A stretch of DNA of 63,875 nt, counting the filler. It is 5 parts of 5 records of this genome, joined end to end, with 100 filler letters (N's around TTAATTAATTAA, not from the genome) between each part and the next. Parts side by side here need not be neighbours in the genome. Positions count along the whole stretch, not along the records: positions 1 to 17,316 come from DRR378314_893; 4 more parts are not named here. One strand, 5' to 3'. Below are positions 1 through 10,576 of the stretch, piece after piece. Within the stretch, counting starts at the first letter, position 1. Each line of letters begins with the position of its first letter. Under the pieces are notes generated by a model. It was not told the DNA's origin. It ran no database searches and worked only from the letters and a program-made list of their open reading frames with translations. The translations under genes were made by a program, and so were the position numbers.

Positions 1-849
1 GAACTGGATCGCGTTGATGAACAGCAGGCCGACACCGGGCCACTGGAACACCGTCTCGGTGATGATGGCGAATGCGATGATCGCGCCGACCTGCAGGCCG
101 ATCACGGTGATCACCGGCACCATGGTGTTCTTCAGTGCGTGACGGAAATGGACGGCTCGGTTGCGCAGTCCGCGCGCGCGGGCAAAGCGGATGTAGTCTT
201 GCCGCAGCACCTCCAGCATCTCGGAGCGCACCAGCCGCATGATCAGCGTCATCTGATAAAGCCCCAGCGTGATCGACGGCAGGATCAGCGCCTTGAGCCC
301 GCTTGCGGTCAGAAAGCCGGTGGTCCATGCGCCGAGATCCACCACTTCGCCGCGTCCAAAACTGGGCAGCCAACCCATCTCGACCGAGAACAGGTAGATC
401 AGCAGGATGCCGATCAGGAAGGTCGGCAGCGAGACCCCGATCAGCGAGACCGACATGATGATATTTGCCGCAATGCCCTTTCGTCGGATCGCGGTGAAGA
501 CGCCCAGCGCGATGCCGAACAACACCGCCAGAATGCCGGAGACCGCCGCCAGTTCCAGCGTTGCTGGCGCGCGTTCCATAAGAATGTCGATCACCGGGCG
601 ACCCTGACGGTAGCTGACGCCAAAATTGCCCTGAACTGCGTTCTCTAGGAAGCGGTAGTATTGCACCACGAAAGGCTGATCGAGGCCAAGCTGCTCGCGC
701 AGCCGTTCGATATCATCTGCCGTGCGCTCCTGCCCCAGCATGTTGTCGATCGGATCCCCGACAAAGCGGAACATCGCAAAGGCTACAAGCCCGACGATAA
801 GAAGGACCAGCGCGGATTGGGCCACGCGCCGGATGATGTAAGCGAGCAT
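1..849 (-). CDS. Peptide/nickel ABC transporter permease (DppB/OppB family), truncated at the window start
   Basis: Not in the ORF track. Manual minus-strand translation from ATG 849 gives MLAYIIRRVAQSALVLLIVGLVAFAMFRFVGDP...LGLDQPFVVQY...RSEMLEVLRQDYIRFARARGL...HALKN...ETVFQWPGVG, with the EAA loop and DppB motifs. Confidence 0.93.
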   Translation of the reverse strand, partial: MLAYIIRRVAQSALVLLIVGLVAFAMFRFVGDPIDNMLGQERTADDIERLREQLGLDQPFVVQYYRFLENAVQGNFGVSYRQGRPVIDILMERAPATLELAAVSGILAVLFGIALGVFTAIRRKGIAANIIMSVSLIGVSLPTFLIGILLIYLFSVEMGWLPSFGRGEVVDLGAWTTGFLTASGLKALILPSITLGLYQMTLIMRLVRSEMLEVLRQDYIRFARARGLRNRAVHFRHALKNTMVPVITVIGLQVGAIIAFAIITETVFQWPGVGLLFINAIQF

Positions 850-912
850 ATCTGTGCTCTCCTGTGGGTGGATGATGGGGGCCGCGGCCCCCGTCTGCCT
901 GATTGAGCGGCG

Positions 913-2490
913 TTAGTTAACGGAGACCCAGCGCAGTATAAAGAAGTTATCCGGCCTTTGGGTCAGGGTGACGTTGCTGCCGGTGCCCCAGACCAGCGGT
1001 TGTACATAGAGCGGCACATAGGCGGTCTCGTCCTGCAAGGTCTGTGCGACCTCATCGAGCATGCCCTGACGGGTCGGCTCGTCAATTTCGGACTGGATCT
1101 GCGGGAGCAGCTCATCGACGCGCGCATTGGAATAGCCACCGAAATTCCACGACCCCAGCTTCTTCTCCTCATTCGGAGTGGCGGCGAGAAAGCGGATAGG
1201 ATGCTCCGCATCAAAGGTGCCCGGCGACCAGCCAAGAAGATACATGTCGTAATTATCGGCCCGCAGCTCCGGCCAGTAGTTCTGCACCGGCATCGCATCC
1301 AGCGTCGCGGTCAGCCCCACCTGCGCCAGCATGGCGGTGATGGCCTGACAGACGGCCTCATCATTGAGGTAGCGATTGTTGGGACATTTGAGACCGAAGG
1401 AGAACCCATCCGGGTATCCCGCCTCGGCCAGCAGAGCCTTGGCGGCCTCCGGATCATAGGCGGGCGCATCACCCAGCGCGTCGGAATAGCCCCGCATGGC
1501 GCCACTCACCAATTGGTTCACCGGTTCGGCATTGCCGCGCATGATGGTGCGCAGGATTGCCGGCACGTTGATGGCGTGGGCCACGGACTTGCGCACGCGG
1601 ACATCCGCGAAAGGGTTGCCTTCGGTCTCGGCCGAGAACTTCAGCGCGTCGGCTTCATGCGGGAACCCCAGCATGATCACCCGTGCCTCGATGCCCTGCA
1701 CCACCTTCACATCCGGGTTGCCCTGCAGGCGCTGGACGTCCTGAATGGGCACCGGGTTGATCATATCCACATCGCCGGACAACAGCGCCGCCAGCGCGGT
1801 GGCCGGGTTCTGGATCGGCGTCATCTCGGCGCGGGTAATGTTGTGCTCCGCCTCGCCCCACCAGCCCTCGAACGGCTCCAGCACCGTGCGCAGGCCGGGT
1901 TCACGCGTGGTCATGCGAAACGCTCCGGTGCCATTGGTGTGAAGCGTGGCATGGTTGCCGCTCTCCTTGTCGGGGCGGGTGGCGGCATTGGCCTCGGCCC
2001 AGCCGCTGTCCATGATCATCCAGTTGGCGATACTGTCGGGAAAGATCGGGTTGGGCGAATGGGTCAGGACATCAACGGTGTAGTCGTCCACCTGCAACAT
2101 TTCCGAAACAGGTGCGAACCAACTGGCGGTATCCGCCTCCGGGCTTGATGCGCGCTGATAGGAGAAGATCACATCCTCAGCAGTGAAGGCGCTGCCATCC
2201 TGGAATGTCACACCTTCGCGCAGGTGAAACCGCCAGCCTTCGCCCGCGCCGATCGGCTCCCAGCTGGTGGCCAGCGCAGGTTCGATACTCATATCCTTGC
2301 CGCGCCGCACGAGGCCTTCGTAGACATTGTTTAGAAAGCCCAGAACTGGCGTGGAATTGACCGCATGCGGGTCCATTGTCTGTGGGTCGGTGGTCACCGC
2401 CCAAGAGAATTCCTCGGCCTGAGCGGCGGGCGCGAGGGCGGCAGGAACAAGAGCCGCAGCACAGGCAGCCGCGGTGAAAAAGCGGAACAT
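913..2490 (-). CDS. ABC transporter substrate-binding protein, SBP family 5 (DppA/OppA/NikA-like)
   Basis: Signal peptide MFRFFTAAACAAALVPAALAPAAQA followed by TMDPH, LREGVTFQDG, NGTGAF and NPFADVRVRK. Start moved to ATG 2490. Confidence 0.92.
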   Translation of the reverse strand: MFRFFTAAACAAALVPAALAPAAQAEEFSWAVTTDPQTMDPHAVNSTPVLGFLNNVYEGLVRRGKDMSIEPALATSWEPIGAGEGWRFHLREGVTFQDGSAFTAEDVIFSYQRASSPEADTASWFAPVSEMLQVDDYTVDVLTHSPNPIFPDSIANWMIMDSGWAEANAATRPDKESGNHATLHTNGTGAFRMTTREPGLRTVLEPFEGWWGEAEHNITRAEMTPIQNPATALAALLSGDVDMINPVPIQDVQRLQGNPDVKVVQGIEARVIMLGFPHEADALKFSAETEGNPFADVRVRKSVAHAINVPAILRTIMRGNAEPVNQLVSGAMRGYSDALGDAPAYDPEAAKALLAEAGYPDGFSFGLKCPNNRYLNDEAVCQAITAMLAQVGLTATLDAMPVQNYWPELRADNYDMYLLGWSPGTFDAEHPIRFLAATPNEEKKLGSWNFGGYSNARVDELLPQIQSEIDEPTRQGMLDEVAQTLQDETAYVPLYVQPLVWGTGSNVTLTQRPDNFFILRWVSVN

Positions 2491-2560
2491 CGTGGATCCT
2501 TTCCCGTCAATGCGCGTGTCGCCGGAGTGCGTGCTGCGCCCCGGCGACCCTGGCAAATCA

Positions 2561-2587
2561 GCAGCGCGCCACATTCCGGCGCGCTGC
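2561..2587 (-). terminator. Intercistronic hairpin between the two binding-protein genes
   Basis: Perfect 10-bp stem GCAGCGCGCC-N7-GGCGCGCTGC, 8 bp after the stop of 2596..4176. There is no U-tract, so it may be an mRNA-stabilising element rather than a terminator. Confidence 0.55.
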
Positions 2588-2595
2588 GATGAAGA

Positions 2596-4176
2596 TCAGT
2601 TCATCTTGAAGTATTTGACCTTCGGCTGATCTTCGGGATCGACCGCAATGTCGACCTTCTCGGACATGCCCCAGTTCAGCACCTGGTGGTGGATCGGGAT
2701 GTAGAGCTGCTCATCCTGAACCACCCGCCAGATATCGGCGATGTCCTGGTTGCGCGCGTCCAGATCGGTGTTGGAAGCCAGAGATTTGATCTTCGCGTCC
2801 AGCTCGTCATTGTCGTAGCCGGTGCCATTCCAGGTGCCGATGTCGCCTTCACGACCATGCACGAGGAAGTTGAAGACATACTCGGAGTCATAGGTCGGCA
2901 CACCCCAACCGAGCATGTAGAAGTCGGTCTTGCCATCGGTGATCAGCGGGAAGTGCTGCGCCTTGGGCTTGGCATCGAGGTTCACCGTGATGCCGATCTG
3001 ACCCAGCATGCCCACGGCGGCCTGACAGATCGGCTCGTCGTTGACGTAACGGTCGTTCGGGCAGTCCAGACGGATGGAGAACCCGTCGGCGTAACCGGCC
3101 TCTTCCATCAGCGCCTTGGCGCCTTCGATGTCGGTGCTGGATTCCGCGTCCATCTCTTCGGTCCAACCGTTGACGAAGGGCGGTGCGATCATGCCGGCAG
3201 GCTGGGACTGACCACGCATCACGACCTTCTGGATCGCATCGCGGTTGATCGCCATCGACATCGCCTTGCGCACGCGCACGTCCGCCAGCGGGTTTTTACC
3301 GTCGATATTGTCGGCCTCGATGTCATCGGCGCCCATGTTGAGACCGAAGAAGATCACCCGGTTCTGCGGCGCTTGACGCACCATCAGGCCATCGGCGTTG
3401 CTGACGCGATCCAGATCCTGAACCGGCATGTCTTGCAGGAAATCAACTTCGCCGGACAGCATTGCAGCGACGCGGGTCGCGGCGTTCTGAATCGGGGTAT
3501 AGACGATCTCGGTCACTTCCAGCGGGAACTGGCCAATGCCCCAGTAGTCTTCGTTCAGCGTCATCACCGTTTTGACGTCTGGCTCGCGGCTTTCCAGCAC
3601 ATAAGGGCCGGTGCCGTTGGCGTTGGTGGTGGCATAGGTGATCTCGCCGCCCTCAAAGTCCTGCACATTCACGGTGTTGTTGGCCTCGGTCCAGCCCTTG
3701 TCCATGATGAACAGGTTGGTGAGGTTGGACGGCAGGATCGGGTTCGGACCATCGGTGACGATCTCAACGGTCAAATCATCGACCGCGCGCACTTCGGTGA
3801 TGGAGCCGATCAGCTCCTTCATATCGGAGTTTTCCTGCTTGGCGCGATTGAAGGAGAACACCACATCCTCGGCGGTGAAATCAGCACCATCATGGAAGGT
3901 CACGCCTTCGCGCAGCTTGAACACCCAAACGTTCGGATCGCCTTCCTTGGGCGCCCATTCGGTCGCCAGCGCCGGCTCAAACGCGCCGGTCACGTCGCGG
4001 ATGATCAGCGGTTCGTACATCTGGTGGCGGATGGTGTGCGTCGGGCCTTCGTTCTGGGCGTGCGGGTCAAGCGTCAGCGCATCGCCGGAGCGCGCCCAGC
4101 GCAGAGTTTCGGCGCTCAGCGGCGCTGCCGTCGCCAAGAGAAGCGATGTGAGTGTCAGTACTGTTGTGGTCTTCAT
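2596..4176 (-). CDS. ABC transporter substrate-binding protein, SBP family 5 (DppA-like)
   Basis: Signal peptide; TLDPHAQNE, LREGVTFHDG, NGTGPY and NPLADVRVRKA motifs; GGAGG RBS upstream. Confidence 0.95.
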   Translation of the reverse strand: MKTTTVLTLTSLLLATAAPLSAETLRWARSGDALTLDPHAQNEGPTHTIRHQMYEPLIIRDVTGAFEPALATEWAPKEGDPNVWVFKLREGVTFHDGADFTAEDVVFSFNRAKQENSDMKELIGSITEVRAVDDLTVEIVTDGPNPILPSNLTNLFIMDKGWTEANNTVNVQDFEGGEITYATTNANGTGPYVLESREPDVKTVMTLNEDYWGIGQFPLEVTEIVYTPIQNAATRVAAMLSGEVDFLQDMPVQDLDRVSNADGLMVRQAPQNRVIFFGLNMGADDIEADNIDGKNPLADVRVRKAMSMAINRDAIQKVVMRGQSQPAGMIAPPFVNGWTEEMDAESSTDIEGAKALMEEAGYADGFSIRLDCPNDRYVNDEPICQAAVGMLGQIGITVNLDAKPKAQHFPLITDGKTDFYMLGWGVPTYDSEYVFNFLVHGREGDIGTWNGTGYDNDELDAKIKSLASNTDLDARNQDIADIWRVVQDEQLYIPIHHQVLNWGMSEKVDIAVDPEDQPKVKYFKMN

Positions 4177-4576
4177 AAGACCTCCCCTAGTCTTTTTTTC
4201 ATTTGCTTTTCGATCTGAACAGCTCGCAAACCGTCAGACCCATGCGGCGCAGTTTTGGCGAACACCTGAGCTTTGACAAGCCTGCGCAGGCGAATTGGAT
4301 AAAATATATTCTCTCAATGCCGATCTGGGAGCCGTCAAGGCGGAAAGGCACGGCTTCGCCCTGTCGTCGGGCCATCCGCGCCCGCGATATCCCGGACCGA
4401 CAGGGCAAGTTTGACAAGCGAAAGCCGCGCAGCCCATGCCCCGCAATTCGCGCGCCACTGAGTGGCACCTGAGACAGAAATGACTTGGCAGATCGGAGAA
4501 AGCGCTCGCTGACGCAGCGCCGCCGGGAGAGATTCGCGTCAGACATTTCAGAGGTATCTACTGGGTGCACGTGGCG

Positions 4577-5191
4577 TCAGTCTGTTGGGCAGGGCTGACC
4601 CGCAGCGCCCCAAAGCGCCATATCCTCGACATGCTCTTCTAGTGTGCGGGGCGCGGGTTCGCGGTCTCCACCCGGCGACCACCCCCAGGCCACTGGCCCG
4701 TTGAGGCTGGCGTCATGTTCCAGATGCTCAACGAGTTCGCGCCAGTCGCGTCCGCCGTTGCGCTCAGGGTCTTTGAGCTGCGCACAGATCTCGGCGCGGG
4801 ATTTGCCGAACCACTCGAACTCCACCGGGGCCAGCTGCCACGCAATACCAAAGCGCGGCGCGGCGTGTGGTGCGGTGTCAAAATCATCCGAGGTCACATG
4901 GCAGGTCTGACAGGGCAGGAACTCCGCCCCGATCCGGCTTTCACCGGCATTGATGTGCATCCCATGCGGGCGCGCCTCACCGTAGCTTGGCCCGGACCAC
5001 ATCGGGATATTGTCCGCGCCCACGTGGCAATTGGCGCATCTGGGATGGGTCACCACCTCATAGATGCGTTCAAACGCCGCCTGCCCGTCTGCGCGACTGA
5101 TGCTGCCCTCTTCTGGCAGGGTCAGCGCACCTTCGGCAAGGGCTGCGCCCGCGATAGAAACCGCGGCAAGGATGACAACGCTCTTTTGCAT
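4577..5191 (-). CDS. Exported diheme c-type cytochrome associated with IorAB
   Basis: Sec-type signal peptide and two CXXCH motifs (CANCH, CQTCH). Starts 13 bp downstream of the IorB-like gene, with a GAGGAGG RBS. Confidence 0.8.
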   Translation of the reverse strand: MQKSVVILAAVSIAGAALAEGALTLPEEGSISRADGQAAFERIYEVVTHPRCANCHVGADNIPMWSGPSYGEARPHGMHINAGESRIGAEFLPCQTCHVTSDDFDTAPHAAPRFGIAWQLAPVEFEWFGKSRAEICAQLKDPERNGGRDWRELVEHLEHDASLNGPVAWGWSPGGDREPAPRTLEEHVEDMALWGAAGQPCPTD

Positions 5192-5204
5192 GTCCCGGCC
5201 CTCC

Positions 5205-7457
5205 TCAGACGAAATCGATATGTTTGTTCAGCGGCAATTCGCGGATGCGTTGCCCGGTGGCGGCAAAGATCGCATTGGCCAGCGCCGGGGCAGCAGGCGG
5301 CACAGCCGGCTCTCCCACACCCCGGATGCGGCTGCCATTGCTCAGCGCGCGCACCTCAATCTGCGGGGCCTGATAGAGCCGCATCCCCTCATAGGCGTGA
5401 TAGTTCGTCTCAAGCGGGGCATGGCCCTCATAGGTCAGTGCGCAGTTCATTGCGTGCCCCAGTCCAAAGATCACCCCGCCAAAGACCTGCGCCTCTAGGT
5501 TTGTGGGATCAAGCACCTCGCCCACGTCCACCGCCACATAGACCTGATCTATGCGAATGCCCGCCTCCGTCTGCGTGACCTCGATGACTTGCGCGCAGGG
5601 CACCCCAAAGGACATGCAGAACCCAACACCACGTCCGCGCCCCTCAGCGATTGAGGGACCATCCCAGCCCGACATCTCGCCCACGGCCTCTAGCACCTTG
5701 CGCGCAGGCTCATGCAGGCACAGGCGGATGCGTTCGGCCAGCGGATCGGCCCCGGCGGCATGGATCAGCTCATCAAGGAAGCAATCGTGGTAAAACCCGT
5801 TGCCCGAAGCCCCGACCGAACGCCAGGACGACACCGGCACCATGCTCGGCGCGCGATAGCCGGTGACACGATAGTTGGGAATAGCAAACGGCTGATCCCA
5901 CGACCCGGTGGTGATCGTCGCATCAGGGCCCGGCAGGCTCATCCCGCTCAGACGGCCAAACCACTCTGGAGCCATGGCCGATTGGCTGACCGAAAGATCA
6001 AAGGCCACCACCTTGCCATCTGCGACCTTACCGCGCCCTGCAGCAACCGAGGCCGGGCGCGGGTAGTCGTGGCTCATGTCTTCTTCGCGGCTCCATGTGA
6101 GTTTCAGATGCCGACCCGGCACCGCCAGCGCCAGTTCCACCGCCTGCTCCACATGGGTCATCTCCAGCCGGTGACCAAAGCTGCCGCCCATGGGCAACAC
6201 ATAGACTTTCACGGCCTCAGGCTCGACGCCCGCAATGGTGGCGGCGCGGTCGCGGATGAACAGCGGGATCTGGGTCCCGGTCCAGATTTCCACCTGCCCG
6301 TCCAGCACCCGAACCACCGCGTTCATCGGCTCCATCGGCGCATGGGCGAGGTAGGGAATGCGATAGCGCGCATCGATGACCTCACCCGCCTCCAGTGCGG
6401 CGTCCACATCGCCCTCATCGCGCTGGCGGTGGTCATAGCTGTCGGGATCGCCCAGCGCCTGTTCAAGCGCGGCAAATATCCCGTCCGAGGTGCCAGGATA
6501 GTCCGGCGCGCTCCACTCGATCTGTAGCGCCTCTGCCGCCTGAAACGCACGCCAGGTGTTGTTGGCAATCACACCGACACCGTTGCTGACCGGCAGGATT
6601 TTCTCCACCCCGCGCATCGCCTCAGCCGCCGAGGCATCAACACGCGCGCCCGCGGTGCCAACCGCAGGGTTGGCACGCACGGTGGCATGCAACATGTCCT
6701 GAAATTCCATGTCGATGCCGTAGACCTCAGTGCCGGTACATTTGCGCAGCATATCCAGACGCGGCAGGTCGGGCTTGCCCAGATAGCGCCACGCAGAGGC
6801 AGGGCGCAGGGTCACATTCGTGACCGGGTCAATCTCTGCCGCCTCTGCCGCCAGATCCGTATAGGCGATGGCGGTGCCATCCGGCAGGATCACCGCGCCA
6901 TTCTCGGTCCGCAGATCCCCACGCGCCACACCAACCCGACGGGCAGCGGCCTCTTTCAGAGTTTCACGCGCCGTCGCCCCCGCCATGCGCATCCGGTCAA
7001 ACCCATCCGGCACGGTGGACGACCCGCCGGTCATCTGGATCGACAACAGCTTTGCCGGGACCGACATAAAGTCACGCAGGGTGTCGGCCACAAATCCTTC
7101 CTTATAGGCTGGGATTGGCACGCCCTCGCCCAGCACCGTGGCGTTGTAATAGGCCTGCCCCGGCATCCCGGGCGAGATCGTCGCGGTGGCCGGGTCGATG
7201 TCCAACTCCTCGGCGATCAGATAGGCTTGGATGGAGTAGGCCCCCTGCCCTTTGTCCGCGCGCGGCGTGATCAGGGTGATGCCTTCTGCGTCGATCTTCA
7301 CAAATGGCGTAATCGCCGCCTCACCGTCCTTCAGATCATCGAGCAATGGATTGGAGATCGGCTTTTTTGCCATATAGACGCCAAAGGCCACGCCCCCGGC
7401 GATGGCAGCGGACCCAATCAGGAATGTACGGCGGGCAATTTTTCCGGCACGGCTCAT
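5205..7457 (-). CDS. iorB: Xanthine dehydrogenase-family molybdopterin-binding subunit (isoquinoline 1-oxidoreductase beta / aldehyde oxidoreductase-like)
   Basis: Twin-arginine signal IARRTFL; motifs GQG, MTGGSST, AHAPMEP, GGSFG, WRSVG and GVGEPAVPP. Confidence 0.9.
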   Translation of the reverse strand: MSRAGKIARRTFLIGSAAIAGGVAFGVYMAKKPISNPLLDDLKDGEAAITPFVKIDAEGITLITPRADKGQGAYSIQAYLIAEELDIDPATATISPGMPGQAYYNATVLGEGVPIPAYKEGFVADTLRDFMSVPAKLLSIQMTGGSSTVPDGFDRMRMAGATARETLKEAAARRVGVARGDLRTENGAVILPDGTAIAYTDLAAEAAEIDPVTNVTLRPASAWRYLGKPDLPRLDMLRKCTGTEVYGIDMEFQDMLHATVRANPAVGTAGARVDASAAEAMRGVEKILPVSNGVGVIANNTWRAFQAAEALQIEWSAPDYPGTSDGIFAALEQALGDPDSYDHRQRDEGDVDAALEAGEVIDARYRIPYLAHAPMEPMNAVVRVLDGQVEIWTGTQIPLFIRDRAATIAGVEPEAVKVYVLPMGGSFGHRLEMTHVEQAVELALAVPGRHLKLTWSREEDMSHDYPRPASVAAGRGKVADGKVVAFDLSVSQSAMAPEWFGRLSGMSLPGPDATITTGSWDQPFAIPNYRVTGYRAPSMVPVSSWRSVGASGNGFYHDCFLDELIHAAGADPLAERIRLCLHEPARKVLEAVGEMSGWDGPSIAEGRGRGVGFCMSFGVPCAQVIEVTQTEAGIRIDQVYVAVDVGEVLDPTNLEAQVFGGVIFGLGHAMNCALTYEGHAPLETNYHAYEGMRLYQAPQIEVRALSNGSRIRGVGEPAVPPAAPALANAIFAATGQRIRELPLNKHIDFV

Positions 7458-7460
7458 GGC

Positions 7461-7925
7461 TCAGGCCTCACTCAATTTCTGCGCAGCGTCATGGATCGCG
7501 GCCCGGATACGGGGATAGGTGCCACAGCGGCAGAGGCTCCCCGACATCACCGCATCAATCTCTGCATCCGAGGGTTCCGGGTTCAGGTCGAGCAAAGCTG
7601 CCGCCTGCATGATCTGGCCCGATTGGCAGTACCCGCATTGCGCCACCTGATGCGCCACCCAGGCTGCTTGCACCGCATGCAGGCTCTCGGGCGTACCCAA
7701 GCCCTCGATCGTGGTGACCTCACCGTCAAGATCGCCGACCGGCAACTGACAGGAGCGCACCGCCATCCCGCCCACATGCACGGTGCAGGCGCCACATTGG
7801 GCGATGCCGCAGCCGTATTTGGGGCCCTTGATGTGCAATTCGTCCCGCAACACCCACAGCAGCGGCATCTCGGGTTCGACATCTACTTCATGTTCGGTTC
7901 CGTTGACGGTCAGCTTCATGATCAA
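7461..7925 (-). CDS. iorA: (2Fe-2S)-binding small subunit (IorA/CoxS family)
   Basis: [18 protein letters not shown] and CRC motifs for two [2Fe-2S] clusters. The start could be 7919 or 7925. Confidence 0.93.
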   Translation of the reverse strand: MIMKLTVNGTEHEVDVEPEMPLLWVLRDELHIKGPKYGCGIAQCGACTVHVGGMAVRSCQLPVGDLDGEVTTIEGLGTPESLHAVQAAWVAHQVAQCGYCQSGQIMQAAALLDLNPEPSDAEIDAVMSGSLCRCGTYPRIRAAIHDAAQKLSEA

Positions 7926-8272
7926 TCTCCGTGGCGGCCGTTCGCAGCGAGTCTAGCGCAAACTCAACACAGAGAAATGCCCGACTGGCGTCAGGCGCTA
8001 TGACCTTGGGTCAGCCCCTTGCGTTATTGCCGTCATACGGAACGCTTATCACGGCTTCAAAAATTACGAATTCAAACGTGGTTTCAATACGTTGACAGAA
8101 TTTGACCCGCAGCCCATCAAGGGGGCAGCACGATCCATGCGCCCCTCTTCCCCTTGGCGCGCAGCCGCTACATTTCCCAACCGCTCCGCCCGGCATCGGC
8201 GCGATTCCTCCGGGTTTTAACAACTTGGCGGAACCCATCGGTGCGGCCAGAGCCTGTCACAAGGCCCCAGCC

Positions 8273-10576
8273 ATGACCCACAATGACGGATCCGAAAAAG
8301 CACCTTCCGCAGCCGCCGGTGGCTGGGGCGCACTCAAGAGCGTCGGGCGTCAGTTGATGGGCAGCGGCAAACCCCTGTCCGGTGCGCGCACCATGCTGAA
8401 GGCCAATCAACCCGATGGGTTTGACTGCCCCGGCTGTGCGTGGGGCGACCCAGAACATGGCTCCTCCTTCGAGTTTTGCGAAAACGGGGTCAAGGCCGTC
8501 GCATGGGAAGCCACCCGCGACCGCGTGACGCCCGCCTTCTTTACCGAACACAGCGTGAGCGAGCTGCGCACATGGTCCGACTACGCGCTGGAAAAGCAGG
8601 GCCGCCTGACCCATCCTATGCGCTATGACGCCGACAGCGACCGCTATGTCGAGGTCACGTGGGACGACGCTTTTGCCGGGATCGCCGCGCGTCTCAATGC
8701 GCTCGATGATCCCAACCGGGCGGAGTTCTACACCTCTGGTCGTGCCAGCAACGAGGCGGCGTTCCTCTATCAGATGTTCGTGCGCCTTTATGGCACCAAC
8801 AACTTTCCCGATTGCTCCAATATGTGCCACGAGGCCAGCGGCGTTGCCCTCACCGAGGCCATCGGCATTGGCAAAGGCACCGTGCTTTTGGAGGATTTCG
8901 AGAAGGCCGATGCGATCTTTGTGGTTGGTCAGAACCCCGGCACCAACCACCCGCGCATGCTTGCCGATCTGCGCGCCGCCACCCAGCGCGGCGCACGCGT
9001 GGTGGTGTTCAACACCCTCAAGGAAAAGGGCCTGCATCGTTTCGCCGACCCGCAAAACAAACTGGAGATGATCCGCGGCGGCTCCGAGGCAACCTCGACC
9101 GACTATTACCGCCCGCGCCTTGGCGGCGACATGGCGGTGTTTCGCGGCATGGCCAAAGTCGTTCTGGCCGCCGAGGAGGCTGCACAGGCCACCGGTCAGC
9201 CCGCAGTGCTGGATCACGCCTTCCTGAGCGCGCACACCGAAGCGTTTGAGGCCTACCGCGACGCGGTGAACGCCACCTCCTGGGACGAGATCGAAGACCA
9301 GTCCGGCCTCAGCCGCGACCAGATCACAGAGGCGGCAGAGATCTATCTGGCCTCTGATCGCGTCATCACCACATGGGCGATGGGGATCACGCAGCACCGC
9401 CATTCGGTGCCGATGATCCGCGAGATTGCCAACTTCATGTTCCTGCGCGGCAATGTCGGGCGTCCGGGCGCGGGTCTGTGCCCGGTGCGTGGCCATTCCA
9501 ACGTGCAAGGCGACCGCACCGTCGGCATCAATGAAAAAGCCCCGGCAGCCCTCTTGGATGCGATGGAGCGCGAGCTGGGCGTGGCGATGCCGCGTGACCG
9601 TGGCCATAACGTCTTGCAGGCCATCGGTGCGATGCGGTCCGGCGATGCGCGCGCCTTTATCGCGCTTGGCGGCAATTTTGCCCGCGCCACCCCTGACAGC
9701 GCGCTGATTGCACAAGCGATGCAGAACCTTGATCTGACGGTGAATATCGCCACCAAGCTCAACCACGGTCATTTGCTGCCGGGCACACACAGCTACATCC
9801 TGCCCTGTCTTGGCCGCACCGAGATCGACAAGAACGCCGCAGGCGTGCGCCAGATCGTAACCGTCGAGGATTCCATGTCGATGGTGCATGGCTCCGGCGG
9901 GATCAACCCGCCCGCCGCCAAGACCCTGAAATCCGAGGTGCAGATCGTTGCAGGCATTGCCCGCGCCACACTTGGCAATGGCACCGTGGACTGGGGCGCG
10001 CTCGCACAAGACAACGACAAGATCCGTGACCTGATCGCCCGCGTGCTGCCGATCTTTGGCGATTTCAACGCGGAGGTGCGCAAACCGCGTGGCTTCCATC
10101 TGCGCAATGGCGCATCAGAGCGCGAATGGAATACCCCCGCCGGGCGCGCGACCTTCTCTGCCGATCCGCTGCCAGAGCAGACCGAATGGCAGAACCTGCG
10201 TGGTGAAAACCGGCGGTTTGTGCTGCAAACCTTCCGCTCGCACGATCAGTACAACACCACCGTCTACGGCATGGATGACCGCTATCGCGGCGTCTACGGC
10301 GAACGCAACGTGGTCTTTATGCATCCCGATGACATCGCCGCACTGGGTGTCGAACCCGGTGATGTCATGGATGTGGTGGGCCTGCATGATGATGACGTGG
10401 ACCGCATCGCGCCGGGGTTCCGTCTGGTGGCCTATGACATCCCCAAGGGCTGTGTTGCGGGCTACTACCCGGAGCTTAACGTGCTGGTGCCGCATCAGGT
10501 CTTTGGCGACAAGAGCTTTACGCCTGCGTCCAAATCCGTGCCCGTCACCTTTCGCCCCAGCGAGACGTCCGCATGA
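8273..10576 (+). CDS. FdhF/YdeP-family molybdopterin (bis-MGD) oxidoreductase
   Basis: GGWGAL, GFDCPGCAW...EFCENG, YTSGRASNE, PDCSNMCHEAS, RGHSNVQG and RSHDQYNTTVYG motifs. Start moved to ATG 8273. Confidence 0.93.
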   Translation: MTHNDGSEKAPSAAAGGWGALKSVGRQLMGSGKPLSGARTMLKANQPDGFDCPGCAWGDPEHGSSFEFCENGVKAVAWEATRDRVTPAFFTEHSVSELRTWSDYALEKQGRLTHPMRYDADSDRYVEVTWDDAFAGIAARLNALDDPNRAEFYTSGRASNEAAFLYQMFVRLYGTNNFPDCSNMCHEASGVALTEAIGIGKGTVLLEDFEKADAIFVVGQNPGTNHPRMLADLRAATQRGARVVVFNTLKEKGLHRFADPQNKLEMIRGGSEATSTDYYRPRLGGDMAVFRGMAKVVLAAEEAAQATGQPAVLDHAFLSAHTEAFEAYRDAVNATSWDEIEDQSGLSRDQITEAAEIYLASDRVITTWAMGITQHRHSVPMIREIANFMFLRGNVGRPGAGLCPVRGHSNVQGDRTVGINEKAPAALLDAMERELGVAMPRDRGHNVLQAIGAMRSGDARAFIALGGNFARATPDSALIAQAMQNLDLTVNIATKLNHGHLLPGTHSYILPCLGRTEIDKNAAGVRQIVTVEDSMSMVHGSGGINPPAAKTLKSEVQIVAGIARATLGNGTVDWGALAQDNDKIRDLIARVLPIFGDFNAEVRKPRGFHLRNGASEREWNTPAGRATFSADPLPEQTEWQNLRGENRRFVLQTFRSHDQYNTTVYGMDDRYRGVYGERNVVFMHPDDIAALGVEPGDVMDVVGLHDDDVDRIAPGFRLVAYDIPKGCVAGYYPELNVLVPHQVFGDKSFTPASKSVPVTFRPSETSA

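Noticed and set aside
958..4218. Long plus-strand ORFs 958..2148 and 2686..4218
   Set aside because: Antisense shadows of GC-rich SBP genes with no recognisable motifs.
8168..10099. 643-aa minus-strand ORF
   Set aside because: Antisense shadow of the FdhF/YdeP gene.
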